Source: a bacterium
GTDB lineage: Bacteria; Hinthialibacterota; Hinthialibacteria; Hinthialibacterales; Hinthialibacteraceae
Direction: 5' to 3'
Assembly: GCA_963662285.2 (NCBI GenBank)
Contig: CAXXMV010000002.1
Span: 1,376,001-1,440,000, forward strand
Length of the DNA: 64,000 bases
Below, in pieces: positions 18,501 through 28,006 of this stretch. The position numbers and the translations under genes are program-made. How positions within the stretch are numbered: the first letter of the stretch is position 1; each line of letters begins with the position of its first letter. The notes under the pieces were generated by a model. It did not search any database and had not been told where the DNA came from. It saw nothing but the letters and a program-made list of their open reading frames with translations.

Positions 18501-19712
18501 TTATTTATCCTTATCGATGAGACTATCAACCACCAAAGCGCAGGTGGAATCGCCGGTTATGTTGAGGATGGTTCGCAGCATGTCGAATATTCGATCCACG
18601 CCGAAGAGCAGGGGGACGCCGATGACGGGGATTTTTGCAGCAATCAATACTGCAACCACCAGTAGTGTTGGGCCGGGGATGCCCGCCTGTCCTATAGAGC
18701 CGAGTGTAGAGGTCAATACAATCGTAACATACTCAGGCATACCTAATTCAATGCCGAAGAGATTGGCGCAAAACACCGCGACCAGCGAATAATAAATAGC
18801 GCTGCCGTCCATGTTGATGGTGGCGCCCAGGGGAAGTACGAAGGAGGATGTTTCTTTAGAGACGCCTAATTTTTCCTGGCATACCTGCATAGTAACGGGC
18901 AAAGTGGCCATTGAGGAAGAAGTCGATAAAGCAACCAGTTGGGCTTCTGATATAACGCGGAAAAAGCGCCAAACCGATGTCTTGGTGAAGTATTTAATCA
19001 AGAATGAATAGACGCCGAACATTTGAAAGAGGACTGCGGCTATATTTAATAATAAGAGATTAATCAACACGCCTAGTAAGTCAAAACCGAATGTCCCGAT
19101 GGCGTCGGCCATGAGTCCGAAAATGCCGATAGGCGCGGTATACAGTATCTTGTGAATCATCCAGATAAACACTTCGTTGAACGAGTTGAGATGTTGAAAA
19201 ATGGGGTCTTTCTTCTCTGCGGGCAACACCGAAAGCCCGAAGCCTAAGAACATACTGAAGAAAAGAATTTGCAGGATGTTGCCGGAAATGAGCATCTCAA
19301 TGGGATTGCCGGGTATCAGATTGAGCATGATAGTCCAGAAACCGCCCTGCGACTCATGGTTGATATATTCATTGGAAAATGAACTTTGCAATTGGGTCAT
19401 ATCCAATCCACTGCCGATTTCGAAGACAACCCCGAAAACCAAACCAACTATACAAGAGATAAAAGTTGTAAACAGATATAACGAGAAACAGTAAATACCC
19501 AGTTTGCCGGCCGATTTGGCGGAACCGATGGAGGCGGTTCCCAGAATGATCGACACTGCGACCAAGGGGACGACCAGCATCATGATCAGTTTTATGAACA
19601 ACTGCCCTAGCGGAGCGAACATGCTGGCTGATTCTCCGAAAATAACGCCCACCAGTACGCCTATAATCATGGCGACCAGGATATAAATACTCAGATCGAA
19701 TTTGTTCTTCAT
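18501..19712 (-). CDS. Dicarboxylate/amino acid:cation symporter (DAACS, GltP-like)
   Basis: GQLFIKLI.MLVVPLV, STSSSMATLP, FVLPLGATINMDG, GSIG.AG.PG, VDRI.DM.RT..N.TGD. Confidence 0.93.
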   Translation of the reverse strand: MKNKFDLSIYILVAMIIGVLVGVIFGESASMFAPLGQLFIKLIMMLVVPLVAVSIILGTASIGSAKSAGKLGIYCFSLYLFTTFISCIVGLVFGVVFEIGSGLDMTQLQSSFSNEYINHESQGGFWTIMLNLIPGNPIEMLISGNILQILFFSMFLGFGLSVLPAEKKDPIFQHLNSFNEVFIWMIHKILYTAPIGIFGLMADAIGTFGFDLLGVLINLLLLNIAAVLFQMFGVYSFLIKYFTKTSVWRFFRVISEAQLVALSTSSSMATLPVTMQVCQEKLGVSKETSSFVLPLGATINMDGSAIYYSLVAVFCANLFGIELGMPEYVTIVLTSTLGSIGQAGIPGPTLLVVAVLIAAKIPVIGVPLLFGVDRIFDMLRTILNITGDSTCALVVDSLIDKDK

Positions 19713-19739
19713 TAATGAACCTCGTTTTAGAATTGATTG

Positions 19740-19768
19740 ACAATATGCCGTTTTATAAGGGAGGTCAA
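19740..19768 (-). promoter_or_regulatory. Putative sigma70 promoter of the DAACS gene
   Basis: Minus-strand TTGACC-N17-TATTGT shortly upstream of the start codon. Confidence 0.35.
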
Positions 19769-19837
19769 GAATTGCGCGGGATCATCTGATCTGAGTATTG
19801 GAAATATCACTGGAGATATCCATGCAACGGTAATTGC

Positions 19838-20164
19838 TTAAACAAAGAGTTTCATCAGTGAATAACTAATTACAAAAAATATTGGTAAGGACAATACAAT
19901 TATTCCAATGCCTTCGATAAAACTATCCGGTCTGAACACCGCATAAAAAATCACATAAAAAGCGACGCGACTAAGATACCGAAGAACATCAATTTGAGTT
20001 GCAGCGGCTAAATACAATCCAAACAACACGCAAGTTATAATCACCGTAACCAGCAATTCAGTGATGGTGAATTTATCTTCTTCGTCACGAAATTGATTTA
20101 CGATAACATTCGCCAGAAATAACGAGACGCCATAGCCTGATAGTTGTACAAGCGCAAAGATCAT
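19838..20164 (-). CDS. Hypothetical small integral membrane protein
   Basis: 108 aa with about four hydrophobic segments. Confidence 0.55.
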   Translation of the reverse strand: MIFALVQLSGYGVSLFLANVIVNQFRDEEDKFTITELLVTVIITCVLFGLYLAAATQIDVLRYLSRVAFYVIFYAVFRPDSFIEGIGIIVLSLPIFFVISYSLMKLFV

Positions 20165-20487
20165 AATATTAACTTTCGTAATTACAATATTGCTTATTAT
20201 CTATTTCAACTATTCCACACCCAAGCGTCATAATATAGGGTAATGCTGTAAAATTGCACGAATACAAAACGCATGGTGGATGCAAATAAAAGCGCGTCTT
20301 ATTATACTGTTCTGATATCATGTCTCGCAGAATCAAGAAAGTACAATCTAAAGCCTTTATTAAATATCCAAGGGCATTTGAACATTGAATTTCAACAATT
20401 TAGAACCGTTGCTCCCCCTCTGCATGGATTTTTAAGTGCTATTATTAAACAATATATTCCAAACAGGCGTCATCAATTATAAAGATA

Positions 20488-21624
20488 ATGAAGAGAGCAA
20501 GTTATTTTTTTATCATAGCATTTATTATAGGCTTGGCGTTGCATCAGGCATGGTGCTGCGATGTTCCGGTTTTTCGTTATGCTTTGGAGCGTTGGCCAGC
20601 CGATAATTTCATGATTCTGCTATGCCATAGCGGCGAATTAACCCCTGAACAAAAAGAAGTTGCGGACTCTCTGCAAAAGGCTTCGTTCGATGAAACAGGA
20701 TTCAATTTTGAGATGCAACGCCTGGATGTCGCCGCAATAGATAAAGCAGACTTAAAACTAACAGTAGACGGCGCCGAACCTCCGGCATTGCCATATCTGG
20801 TTATTCGATATCCACGGATTATAAATGGTGGAACAGTGCTGGAAACCGGGCCTTTGACAATGGATTATGTTCGCTCACTGGTTGATTCACCAGTTCGACG
20901 CGACATCGCCCGACTTATACTTGAAGGCAATACAGCGGTTTGGGTGTTTCTGGATAGCGGCGACCCAAGCAAGGATGATGCGGCTTTCGAGCAGGTGCAA
21001 GCCCAGATAGAGAAACTGAAGAATACCGTCAGGCTGCCGGATAGTTCAGATGTCACCGAAGCGGATACTATTGAACTTAATGATCCACAGAACACACTGC
21101 GCATAGATTTCAGCTGCATCCGCGTTTCCCGTGACGACCCGAAAGAACGTTTTCTGGTTGAGCAACTATTATGCAGCGAGGGCGATTTGAAAGAATACCC
21201 GGAACCGATGCTGTTCCCCATTTTTGGCCGGGGACGCATCTTATACGCCCTGGTCGGCGCTGGTATAACCGAAGATAATATGCTGGAAGCGGCGCAGTTC
21301 ATAACCGGTCCATGCACCTGCATAATCAAGGATGATAATCCTGGAGTTGATCTTTTGATGTCAATCAATTGGGATAATGCGCTTGAAACACTGATGGTTC
21401 AAGACCGCGCCATGCCGCTGCCATTTGGCTTGTATGAGGTTGTGGCAGATGCGTCACAGGATGCATCTCAGATATCAGATATATCCAAAGACGTTGATTT
21501 ATATTCAATTGATTCACCCAAAAAGAATAAATCTTTATTTCGAAATCTTTTTATTGGAGCAATCGTCGTTCTGATAATCAACACCATATTTCTCGTAACA
21601 TTAATCAGAAGAAAAAGAAATTAA
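20488..21624 (+). CDS. Hypothetical periplasmic protein with C-terminal membrane anchor ('CxVPVFRYALERW' type)
   Basis: Signal peptide, CDVPVFRYALERWPAD, FPIFGRGR.L, GPCTC.IK..NPG.DLL; C-terminal TM helix followed by RRKRN. Confidence 0.75.
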   Translation: MKRASYFFIIAFIIGLALHQAWCCDVPVFRYALERWPADNFMILLCHSGELTPEQKEVADSLQKASFDETGFNFEMQRLDVAAIDKADLKLTVDGAEPPALPYLVIRYPRIINGGTVLETGPLTMDYVRSLVDSPVRRDIARLILEGNTAVWVFLDSGDPSKDDAAFEQVQAQIEKLKNTVRLPDSSDVTEADTIELNDPQNTLRIDFSCIRVSRDDPKERFLVEQLLCSEGDLKEYPEPMLFPIFGRGRILYALVGAGITEDNMLEAAQFITGPCTCIIKDDNPGVDLLMSINWDNALETLMVQDRAMPLPFGLYEVVADASQDASQISDISKDVDLYSIDSPKKNKSLFRNLFIGAIVVLIINTIFLVTLIRRKRN

Positions 21625-21733
21625 ATCTCTACCGGAAAACACTTGCTAATAATTCTTTAATATTGGCATAGTATTATTTTTATAAAAACCGTTTTCGACT
21701 TTTTACCGTTTAGCCATAACTGAAAGAAAAATC

Positions 21734-24700
21734 ATGAAACATCTTTTGCAAATCTCTATTCTATTCATCTTGCTTATATTCTGCTCCTCCGTATTTGCAG
21801 AAGACTGGCCTATGTGGCGCTATGATGCAGGGCGAAACGCTGCAACGCCGCAGCAACTTCCCTATGATCTTCACTTGCAATGGGTGCGCGAATATCCCCG
21901 TCTGGAACCAGTGTGGGATGATCCTCTCAATAGAGACATAATGCATTATGACGCCTTCTACGAGCCAGTGGTTTATGGGCAGACTCTCTTCCTGGGTTCT
22001 AATGCATTTGATCGGATGATCGCAATCGATACTGTCTCCGGCGAGGAGAAATGGGCTTATTACGTCGAAGGTCCGGTTCGTTTTCCTCCAGTGGTGGATA
22101 ATGGCAAAGTCTATTTTGTCAGCGATGACGGCTGGCTCTATTGCCTGTCAACCGATCAAGGCGAGTTAGTCTGGAAATACCGGGGCGTTCCAAAAGATCG
22201 TCTTCTATTGGGTAACAAACGCATAATCTCTACCTGGTGCGCAAGAGGCGGGCCGGTTATTAAAGACGGCATAGTATATTTCGGCGCGGGCATCTGGCCT
22301 TTCATGGGCGTGTTTCTCTTTGCTATAGATGCTGAAACCGGACAGGAAATTTGGGTCAATGATGGCGTCAGTTCGACTTACATCAAACAGCCTCATAATT
22401 CTCCTTCGTTTGCAGGCATTGCGCCGCAGGGCAGTTTTGTCATTGCGGGAGATAAATTATTAGTCCCTGGAGGGCGCTCGGTTCCCGCCTGTTTCGATCT
22501 TAAAACAGGTGAATTCCAATACTATAGACTAGCTGATAGCGGCAAAACCGGCGGAGCGTTTGTAAGCGCAACCAAGAATCACTTCGTCAATTATTATCGC
22601 GATAAAGTCGTGGATTTTTATGACTTAAAAACAGGCGACCGCTTGATTGGCGCTATGGGAAAAATGCCGGTACTTACCGAGGACGCCTTTTATTGCAGAG
22701 GCGAAAAAATAACCGCCCTGGATTACACTAACTTTACAAAAAAGGTAAAAGAAGAGATCATTACAGATGAAGAGACAGACGAAGTAACAATAAAGAAAAC
22801 AACATACTGGGAAATAAAATCTTTATGGGAAATCGATATCGACGCCAGCGGCGACCTGATAAAAGCAGGCGACCGACTTTTCGCCGGAGGCGCGGGTGTG
22901 GTATCCGCCATAGATCTTCCATATAACCAGGCGGCGCAACCAGCCGCATCCTGGCAAAGTAAGATCGAAGGAACCGTTGCGCGGCTGGTTGCGGCTGACG
23001 ATAAACTGTTTGTGGTTACCATCGAAGGCCTTATCTACGCCTTCGGCGCCGATCCTGTTAAAGCCCAAAATCATCCATATATTGTTAAGACCAATCAGAT
23101 ATCTCCGGTATCTGAAAATAGAGCCAATGAAATAATCAAAGCCGCCCAAACCACTGAAGGATACTGCCTGGTTTATGGCGCGGAGGATGGCGATTTCCTG
23201 GAAGCACTGGTTCGCAATTCAGCTATGAATGTTATTGCGATGATCCCGGATGCTGCTATAGTTGATGCTCTACGCAGGCGATTCGCCGCAAGCGGTTTAT
23301 ATGGTGAGCGGTTATCAATTCGGGTGGGAAATATTAGTTCATTATCTATGCCTCAATATCTGGCCAGTTTAATTATCATTGATGAAAAAGACACATCGGG
23401 CGCTGGGCAGGAAAAACTGATACCTAAAATGTTCGACCAGCTTCGTCCCTATGGCGGAGTCGCTTGCATCCAGGTTGAAAAAGTCAATATGATAACTGCA
23501 ATAAAATCTATACAACAGTGCAAGTTGCCTAAAGCCAAAATATGTCAGTCTAATGAATATCTGCTGGTCAAACGCGAGGGAGCGCTGCTCGGCTCTGCTT
23601 CCTGGACGCACCAATACGGAGATGTTGCCAATACAGTCAAATCGGATGATGAACGGGTTAAACTACCCCTTGGTCTCCTATGGTTCGGCGGCAGTTCCAA
23701 TATGGATGTTCTTCCCCGGCATGGACATGGCCCGCCCGAACAGGTGATTGGCGGTCGTTTGTTTATTGAGGGCATGGATTCTCTTAGCGCCAGAGACGTA
23801 TACACTGGCCGGGTATTATGGAAGCGCATCTTACCAAAACTGGGTACAGAAGGTATATACTTTGACGATACTTACAAAGATACCCCTCTTTCAACCGCCT
23901 ATAATCAAATCCACATACCCGGCGCTAATGCGCGCGGCGCCAACTTCGTGGCAACCCACGACAAGATTTACATCATTCATGATGAGCAATGCCTGGCGCT
24001 TGATCCAGCCACAGGAGAAACCATAACAACACTCAGTCTCCCCGATGATTTTCTGATTGGTCCTGCTGAAAAATGGGGCTATCTCGGCGTATATAAGGAT
24101 TACCTGATTGCCGGGGCGGGTTTGGTTAAATACACCGATTTTATTGAAGTTGATCCAGAAACCGCATCAAAGAAGTTACCATTTGTCAATTATGATAATT
24201 CAGCCAGCAAGCGCCTGGTAGTTATGAACCGCCATTCAGGTGAGGTGATATGGTCATTTAACTCCGATCTTGGTTTGCGGCATAACGCCATAGTCGCCGG
24301 AAATAATACAATATTCTGCATTGATAAAATGCCTGCTCCGGCGGAAAAGACCTTAAAAAGAAGAGGCAAGAAATATATCGGTACGCCCCGTCTGCTCGCT
24401 TTTGATATCAGTAATGGCAACATAAGATGGAGTTCCGCCAAGAATGTATTCGGTACCTGGCTGGGGTATTCTGAAGAGAACGACATCCTTATTCAGTCAG
24501 GGCGCTATTCACGCGATATGTTGAATGAAGAACCTGAAGGCATGGCAGGCTATCAAGGCGCCGATGGCGCTCCTTTATGGGAGACCGGAGTATCTTCTGG
24601 AGGTCCATCGATTCTTCATCATAAGACAATCATTAGTGGAAAAAAATCTTATAGTCTCTTGACTGGCGAAATTGAAAATCTACCTCATCCTATTACAGGC

Positions 24701-25564
24701 GAAGAAATCGATTGGAAATTTTTCCGTAATTATGGGTGCAACTACGCCATCGCATGTGAAAACCTGATGACTTTCCGATCCGCCGCCGCCGGATTTTTTG
24801 ACCTGACTCAATTCTCAGGTACAGGAAACTTTGGTGGTTTTAAATCCAGTTGCACCTCTAACCTGATCGCCGCCGATGGAGTATTGAACGCGCCGGATTA
24901 CACCCGTACCTGTTCATGCAGCTATCAAAACCAGACATCTCTGGCTTTAGCGCACGATCCCGAAGTTGAAACCTGGACTTTTAACGATATCGACTTGGGC
25001 GAGGGAAACATCAAGCGCCTGGGAATAAATCTTGGCGCTCCCGGAGACCGCCGAACAGAGGATGGAACCTTGTGGTTGGAGTATCCATACATAGGAGGCC
25101 CCTCCCCTGACATTAAGATTACCACGAGTCCAGAAAAATCCGGCTGGTTTCATCATCACTCGGTGCGTATGAATGATGGCGCCGTGAAGTGGATCGCCTC
25201 CTCCGGCGCTCAGGGGCTTCGGCGTATAGTGATACCTGTGGGCAATCCAACCAAAGATGATCTTCGTTATATGGTCAAGTTGCATTTTTCTGAACCGGAA
25301 ACCATTGAAGTCGGAGACCGTGTGTTTAATCTATCCATCAATGGAGAACAAGTATTGAAGGATTTTGACGTTTTACATGAAGCAGGCGCCATACGTACAG
25401 GAATCATTAGAAAATTCAATAATATCCCAATTACTAAAGATTTAGTAATTGAACTGGCGCCAAGCAGTTCAGCGCCAAACTGTAAATCTGTCTTATGCGG
25501 CATAGAACTGGTTTCGGTTGATTATTCTATTCCAGGCGAAGCGGTTATCTTAGGTAAGAATTAA
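21734..25564 (+). CDS. Secreted PQQ-like (BamB-type) beta-propeller repeat protein with central methyltransferase-like fold and C-terminal malectin-like domain
   Basis: Signal peptide; DWPMWRYDAGR, repeated D..TG...W motifs; LRPYGG segment; WTHQYGD.ANT; C-terminal VKLHFSE.....GDRVFN..ING..VL.DFDV. Confidence 0.8.
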   Translation: MKHLLQISILFILLIFCSSVFAEDWPMWRYDAGRNAATPQQLPYDLHLQWVREYPRLEPVWDDPLNRDIMHYDAFYEPVVYGQTLFLGSNAFDRMIAIDTVSGEEKWAYYVEGPVRFPPVVDNGKVYFVSDDGWLYCLSTDQGELVWKYRGVPKDRLLLGNKRIISTWCARGGPVIKDGIVYFGAGIWPFMGVFLFAIDAETGQEIWVNDGVSSTYIKQPHNSPSFAGIAPQGSFVIAGDKLLVPGGRSVPACFDLKTGEFQYYRLADSGKTGGAFVSATKNHFVNYYRDKVVDFYDLKTGDRLIGAMGKMPVLTEDAFYCRGEKITALDYTNFTKKVKEEIITDEETDEVTIKKTTYWEIKSLWEIDIDASGDLIKAGDRLFAGGAGVVSAIDLPYNQAAQPAASWQSKIEGTVARLVAADDKLFVVTIEGLIYAFGADPVKAQNHPYIVKTNQISPVSENRANEIIKAAQTTEGYCLVYGAEDGDFLEALVRNSAMNVIAMIPDAAIVDALRRRFAASGLYGERLSIRVGNISSLSMPQYLASLIIIDEKDTSGAGQEKLIPKMFDQLRPYGGVACIQVEKVNMITAIKSIQQCKLPKAKICQSNEYLLVKREGALLGSASWTHQYGDVANTVKSDDERVKLPLGLLWFGGSSNMDVLPRHGHGPPEQVIGGRLFIEGMDSLSARDVYTGRVLWKRILPKLGTEGIYFDDTYKDTPLSTAYNQIHIPGANARGANFVATHDKIYIIHDEQCLALDPATGETITTLSLPDDFLIGPAEKWGYLGVYKDYLIAGAGLVKYTDFIEVDPETASKKLPFVNYDNSASKRLVVMNRHSGEVIWSFNSDLGLRHNAIVAGNNTIFCIDKMPAPAEKTLKRRGKKYIGTPRLLAFDISNGNIRWSSAKNVFGTWLGYSEENDILIQSGRYSRDMLNEEPEGMAGYQGADGAPLWETGVSSGGPSILHHKTIISGKKSYSLLTGEIENLPHPITGEEIDWKFFRNYGCNYAIACENLMTFRSAAAGFFDLTQFSGTGNFGGFKSSCTSNLIAADGVLNAPDYTRTCSCSYQNQTSLALAHDPEVETWTFNDIDLGEGNIKRLGINLGAPGDRRTEDGTLWLEYPYIGGPSPDIKITTSPEKSGWFHHHSVRMNDGAVKWIASSGAQGLRRIVIPVGNPTKDDLRYMVKLHFSEPETIEVGDRVFNLSINGEQVLKDFDVLHEAGAIRTGIIRKFNNIPITKDLVIELAPSSSAPNCKSVLCGIELVSVDYSIPGEAVILGKN

Positions 25565-25653
25565 GTGTTTTAAAAAGAGCGTCTAATAGACAGAATGCGC
25601 CCGCCTGACATCATTATGAAAACAGCAGTTCGATTATGATGTTGACAACCGCT

Positions 25654-26841
25654 CTAGTTGGTTCCTTGATAAGCCGGATCGAAGCGTTGAGGTAAAGATT
25701 CGAATCGTTCCCGGTATAGTTCGTCTAATGATTCGTTGGCGTCCAGACCTACTCCCCGCATCATTGAGGGTTTCAATTCGCTTAGGATTTTCATATCTCC
25801 CTGTCCTGCGCGATTAATTTGGGATTGAATTTCCGCCATAGTACTTTTGACATCTTCTTCTTTTACATCTGGATCGAACTCGACCAGGTCTATGAATACG
25901 CTTTGGATGCTGTTTTTCAGGTCCTCCAGTTTATGGAGGGATTTTGAGTGGACGGCTTTATTGGTGGAAATTGTATTCAGCATTCCTTGCAGAGCTTCAC
26001 CCTTACTAGTTAAATCGGCCTGTTTTGTTTCCACAATTTTCTTAAGAATATCGGGATTTGCGGTTGAGGTCTGAGAATCGATCAGGAAAGAGTCAAACTT
26101 GCTTCGTGCGGATGCATACGCTTTTTGGGCGTCAGGAAGACCTTTTTTCGTCTCATTAACCAGTATTAAAGATTGAATTGCACTCTGAAGAGTAGGGATA
26201 TAGTCAATGGAGAAACGGTAAAATACTCCTGCCGCTGAGCGAAGATCATCCAAAGATGGATTGGCGTTTTGAGACCAATAGGTAACTTCACTGGCAAAGG
26301 CTAAAAACTGCGCTTTTTTTTCGGTTGGAACTCCCAAAAATTTACCATTTTTCAATTTGCGCACGGAGTGAAGGTTTTCGCTGGAATCTGATTCAGACAC
26401 GCAGGCGTAGAGCGTTCCATGGGATAGATAAACATCCCCGAATTTGAAGGGAAAACACAAAAATTCATATAACGAATTGATGCGTATCATGGCAGCTGAA
26501 CCGTAATCATTGAATTGTATAGAGTTATTGGCTGAGTCGGATCCTTCAAATGAAGGAGCTAATCCTGTTGTCCGGGAATTCCAAGGCCCCGGGATGTTTG
26601 CAACTAAACTGCCGGTTACTCGTGGGCTCCATACGGCATTACCCGCTTCAATACTAAAAAATACAGGCAGTTTAGCGTCTTGCCTTAAATCAACAATGAC
26701 ATCAATAACCTGTTGTGAATAATTGGTGGAAGCATTTCCCCTAAGTTCAAGAAATGATTGAACATATACTTTTTTCATAGCGCAACCGCTTAAAGAAAAT
26801 ACTAAAATCAGCATAAATATAAATAGATTAATTTTTCTCAT
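25654..26841 (-). CDS. Hypothetical lipoprotein with helical/coiled-coil C-terminal half
   Basis: Lipobox LSGC; RBS AGAGGA; no family recognised. Confidence 0.7.
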   Translation of the reverse strand: MRKINLFIFMLILVFSLSGCAMKKVYVQSFLELRGNASTNYSQQVIDVIVDLRQDAKLPVFFSIEAGNAVWSPRVTGSLVANIPGPWNSRTTGLAPSFEGSDSANNSIQFNDYGSAAMIRINSLYEFLCFPFKFGDVYLSHGTLYACVSESDSSENLHSVRKLKNGKFLGVPTEKKAQFLAFASEVTYWSQNANPSLDDLRSAAGVFYRFSIDYIPTLQSAIQSLILVNETKKGLPDAQKAYASARSKFDSFLIDSQTSTANPDILKKIVETKQADLTSKGEALQGMLNTISTNKAVHSKSLHKLEDLKNSIQSVFIDLVEFDPDVKEEDVKSTMAEIQSQINRAGQGDMKILSELKPSMMRGVGLDANESLDELYRERFESLPQRFDPAYQGTN

Positions 26842-27018
26842 TATTTTTCCTCTTAATATTTGATTTCAAGTAGAGTTGTTTTCATAATAACGTTCTGATT
26901 CATCAGTGGATATGCATAGTTCAAAAAAATCTGTATTAGTTTTATTATCGTTTCATAATATATACAAATAATAATAACTCAAATATACATCGAAAGCCAT
27001 AAATACTTTTCCGGGATA

Positions 27019-27081
27019 ATTTCATGATTTCAAGAATAAATCATGAAATCACTTGCAAAAAGATTGATTTTGTGTTACTTT
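27019..27081 (+). promoter_or_regulatory. 12-bp inverted-repeat operator next to a putative sigma70 promoter
   Basis: ATTTCATGATTT-N7-AAATCATGAAAT (27019-27049), then TTGCAA-N17-TACTTT (27053-27081). Confidence 0.5.
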
Positions 27082-27138
27082 ACATCATTCTCTAAAGAAT
27101 GTAAATTGATGCTTTTTTTAGCCTACCCAAGGAGAAAC

Positions 27139-27741
27139 ATGATGAAATCGACTAAAGTAGCAAGTAATGAAGAAAGCACATCTGTGAATGAAAAAATCAA
27201 AGAAGATGGTTCCGTTCAAAATGATGAATCCATTACGAAAATTAAACCAAGTGAACTGCTAGATGATGCCCGTGAGATTGTTAAGAAAAATACTTATTGG
27301 GCGATGGGCGTAGGATTGGTTCCAATGCCAGTTATTGATATATTAGGAGTTGGCGCATTTCAGGCAAAAGCCTTGAAAGAATTATCTGACCTATACGGTA
27401 TAACATTTTTCGAACACAAAGTGAAAAATATTATTGCGGTTTTGGTTAGTGGTTTGAGCACTCCGGTTTTGGCCGCAGCTTTGTTTGGAACAATGGTAAA
27501 ATTTATTCCCGGATTGGGGACTCTGATGGGAATCGCCGCCACTCCGGCCATCGCGGGCGCCGTGACTTTCGCAACGGGACAAGTATTCATCCAGCATTTC
27601 GAATCAGGTGGAACTTTTCTTGATTTCGATCCGCAAAAAGTGAAGGATTATTTCAACGAGCAGATCAAAATAGGGATTGAATTGGCCAAAGAAAAAGAAG
27701 AGGCGCCAGCAACAGCAGAGGTTGCCAACGCCGAAAATTAG
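27139..27741 (+). CDS. DUF697 (YcjF-like) domain protein, paralog 1
   Basis: W.MG.GL.P.P..D......Q...L..L..LY...F; T.A.G.VFIQHFESGGT.LDFD; RBS AAGGAG before ATG 27139. Confidence 0.8.
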   Translation: MMKSTKVASNEESTSVNEKIKEDGSVQNDESITKIKPSELLDDAREIVKKNTYWAMGVGLVPMPVIDILGVGAFQAKALKELSDLYGITFFEHKVKNIIAVLVSGLSTPVLAAALFGTMVKFIPGLGTLMGIAATPAIAGAVTFATGQVFIQHFESGGTFLDFDPQKVKDYFNEQIKIGIELAKEKEEAPATAEVANAEN

Positions 27742-27777
27742 GATGCAATTTTACTTGATTGCGCCAATTCTATTGTT

Positions 27778-27936
27778 ATGACTGCATTCTTGATATACAT
27801 AAGTTTATCTTTCTTGATCGGGAAGATCGGTGAAAACCGTCGCCTTGGTTTTTGGGGGTATCTTTTTGCCTCATTAATATTCACGCCGCTTGGAGGATTA
27901 TTGTTGTTATTTCCTTCAGAACCAAATGATTCTTAA
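27778..27936 (+). CDS. Small membrane protein (52 aa) absent from the ORF track
   Basis: Hand translation: MTAFLIYISLSFLIGKIGENRRLGFWGYLFASLIFTPLGGLLLLFPSEPNDS; two hydrophobic segments around a G-E-N-R-R-L-G-F-W-G loop; sits in the operon gap. Confidence 0.7.
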   Translation: MTAFLIYISLSFLIGKIGENRRLGFWGYLFASLIFTPLGGLLLLFPSEPNDS

Positions 27937-27948
27937 TTTTGATATTAA

Positions 27949-27987
27949 CCATCCATCACAGAGAATTTGATTTTCTGTGATGGATGG
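27949..27987. promoter_or_regulatory. Strong intercistronic hairpin before the ABC exporter
   Basis: CCATCCATCACAGAGAA-TTTGA-TTTTCTGTGATGGATGG; no long U tract follows. Confidence 0.55.
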
Positions 27988-28006
27988 CTGTTAATTACAA
28001 CATACC

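Noticed and set aside
20273-20482. 69-aa ORF upstream of 20488
   Set aside because: No RBS or recognisable features; lies in an AT-rich divergent promoter region
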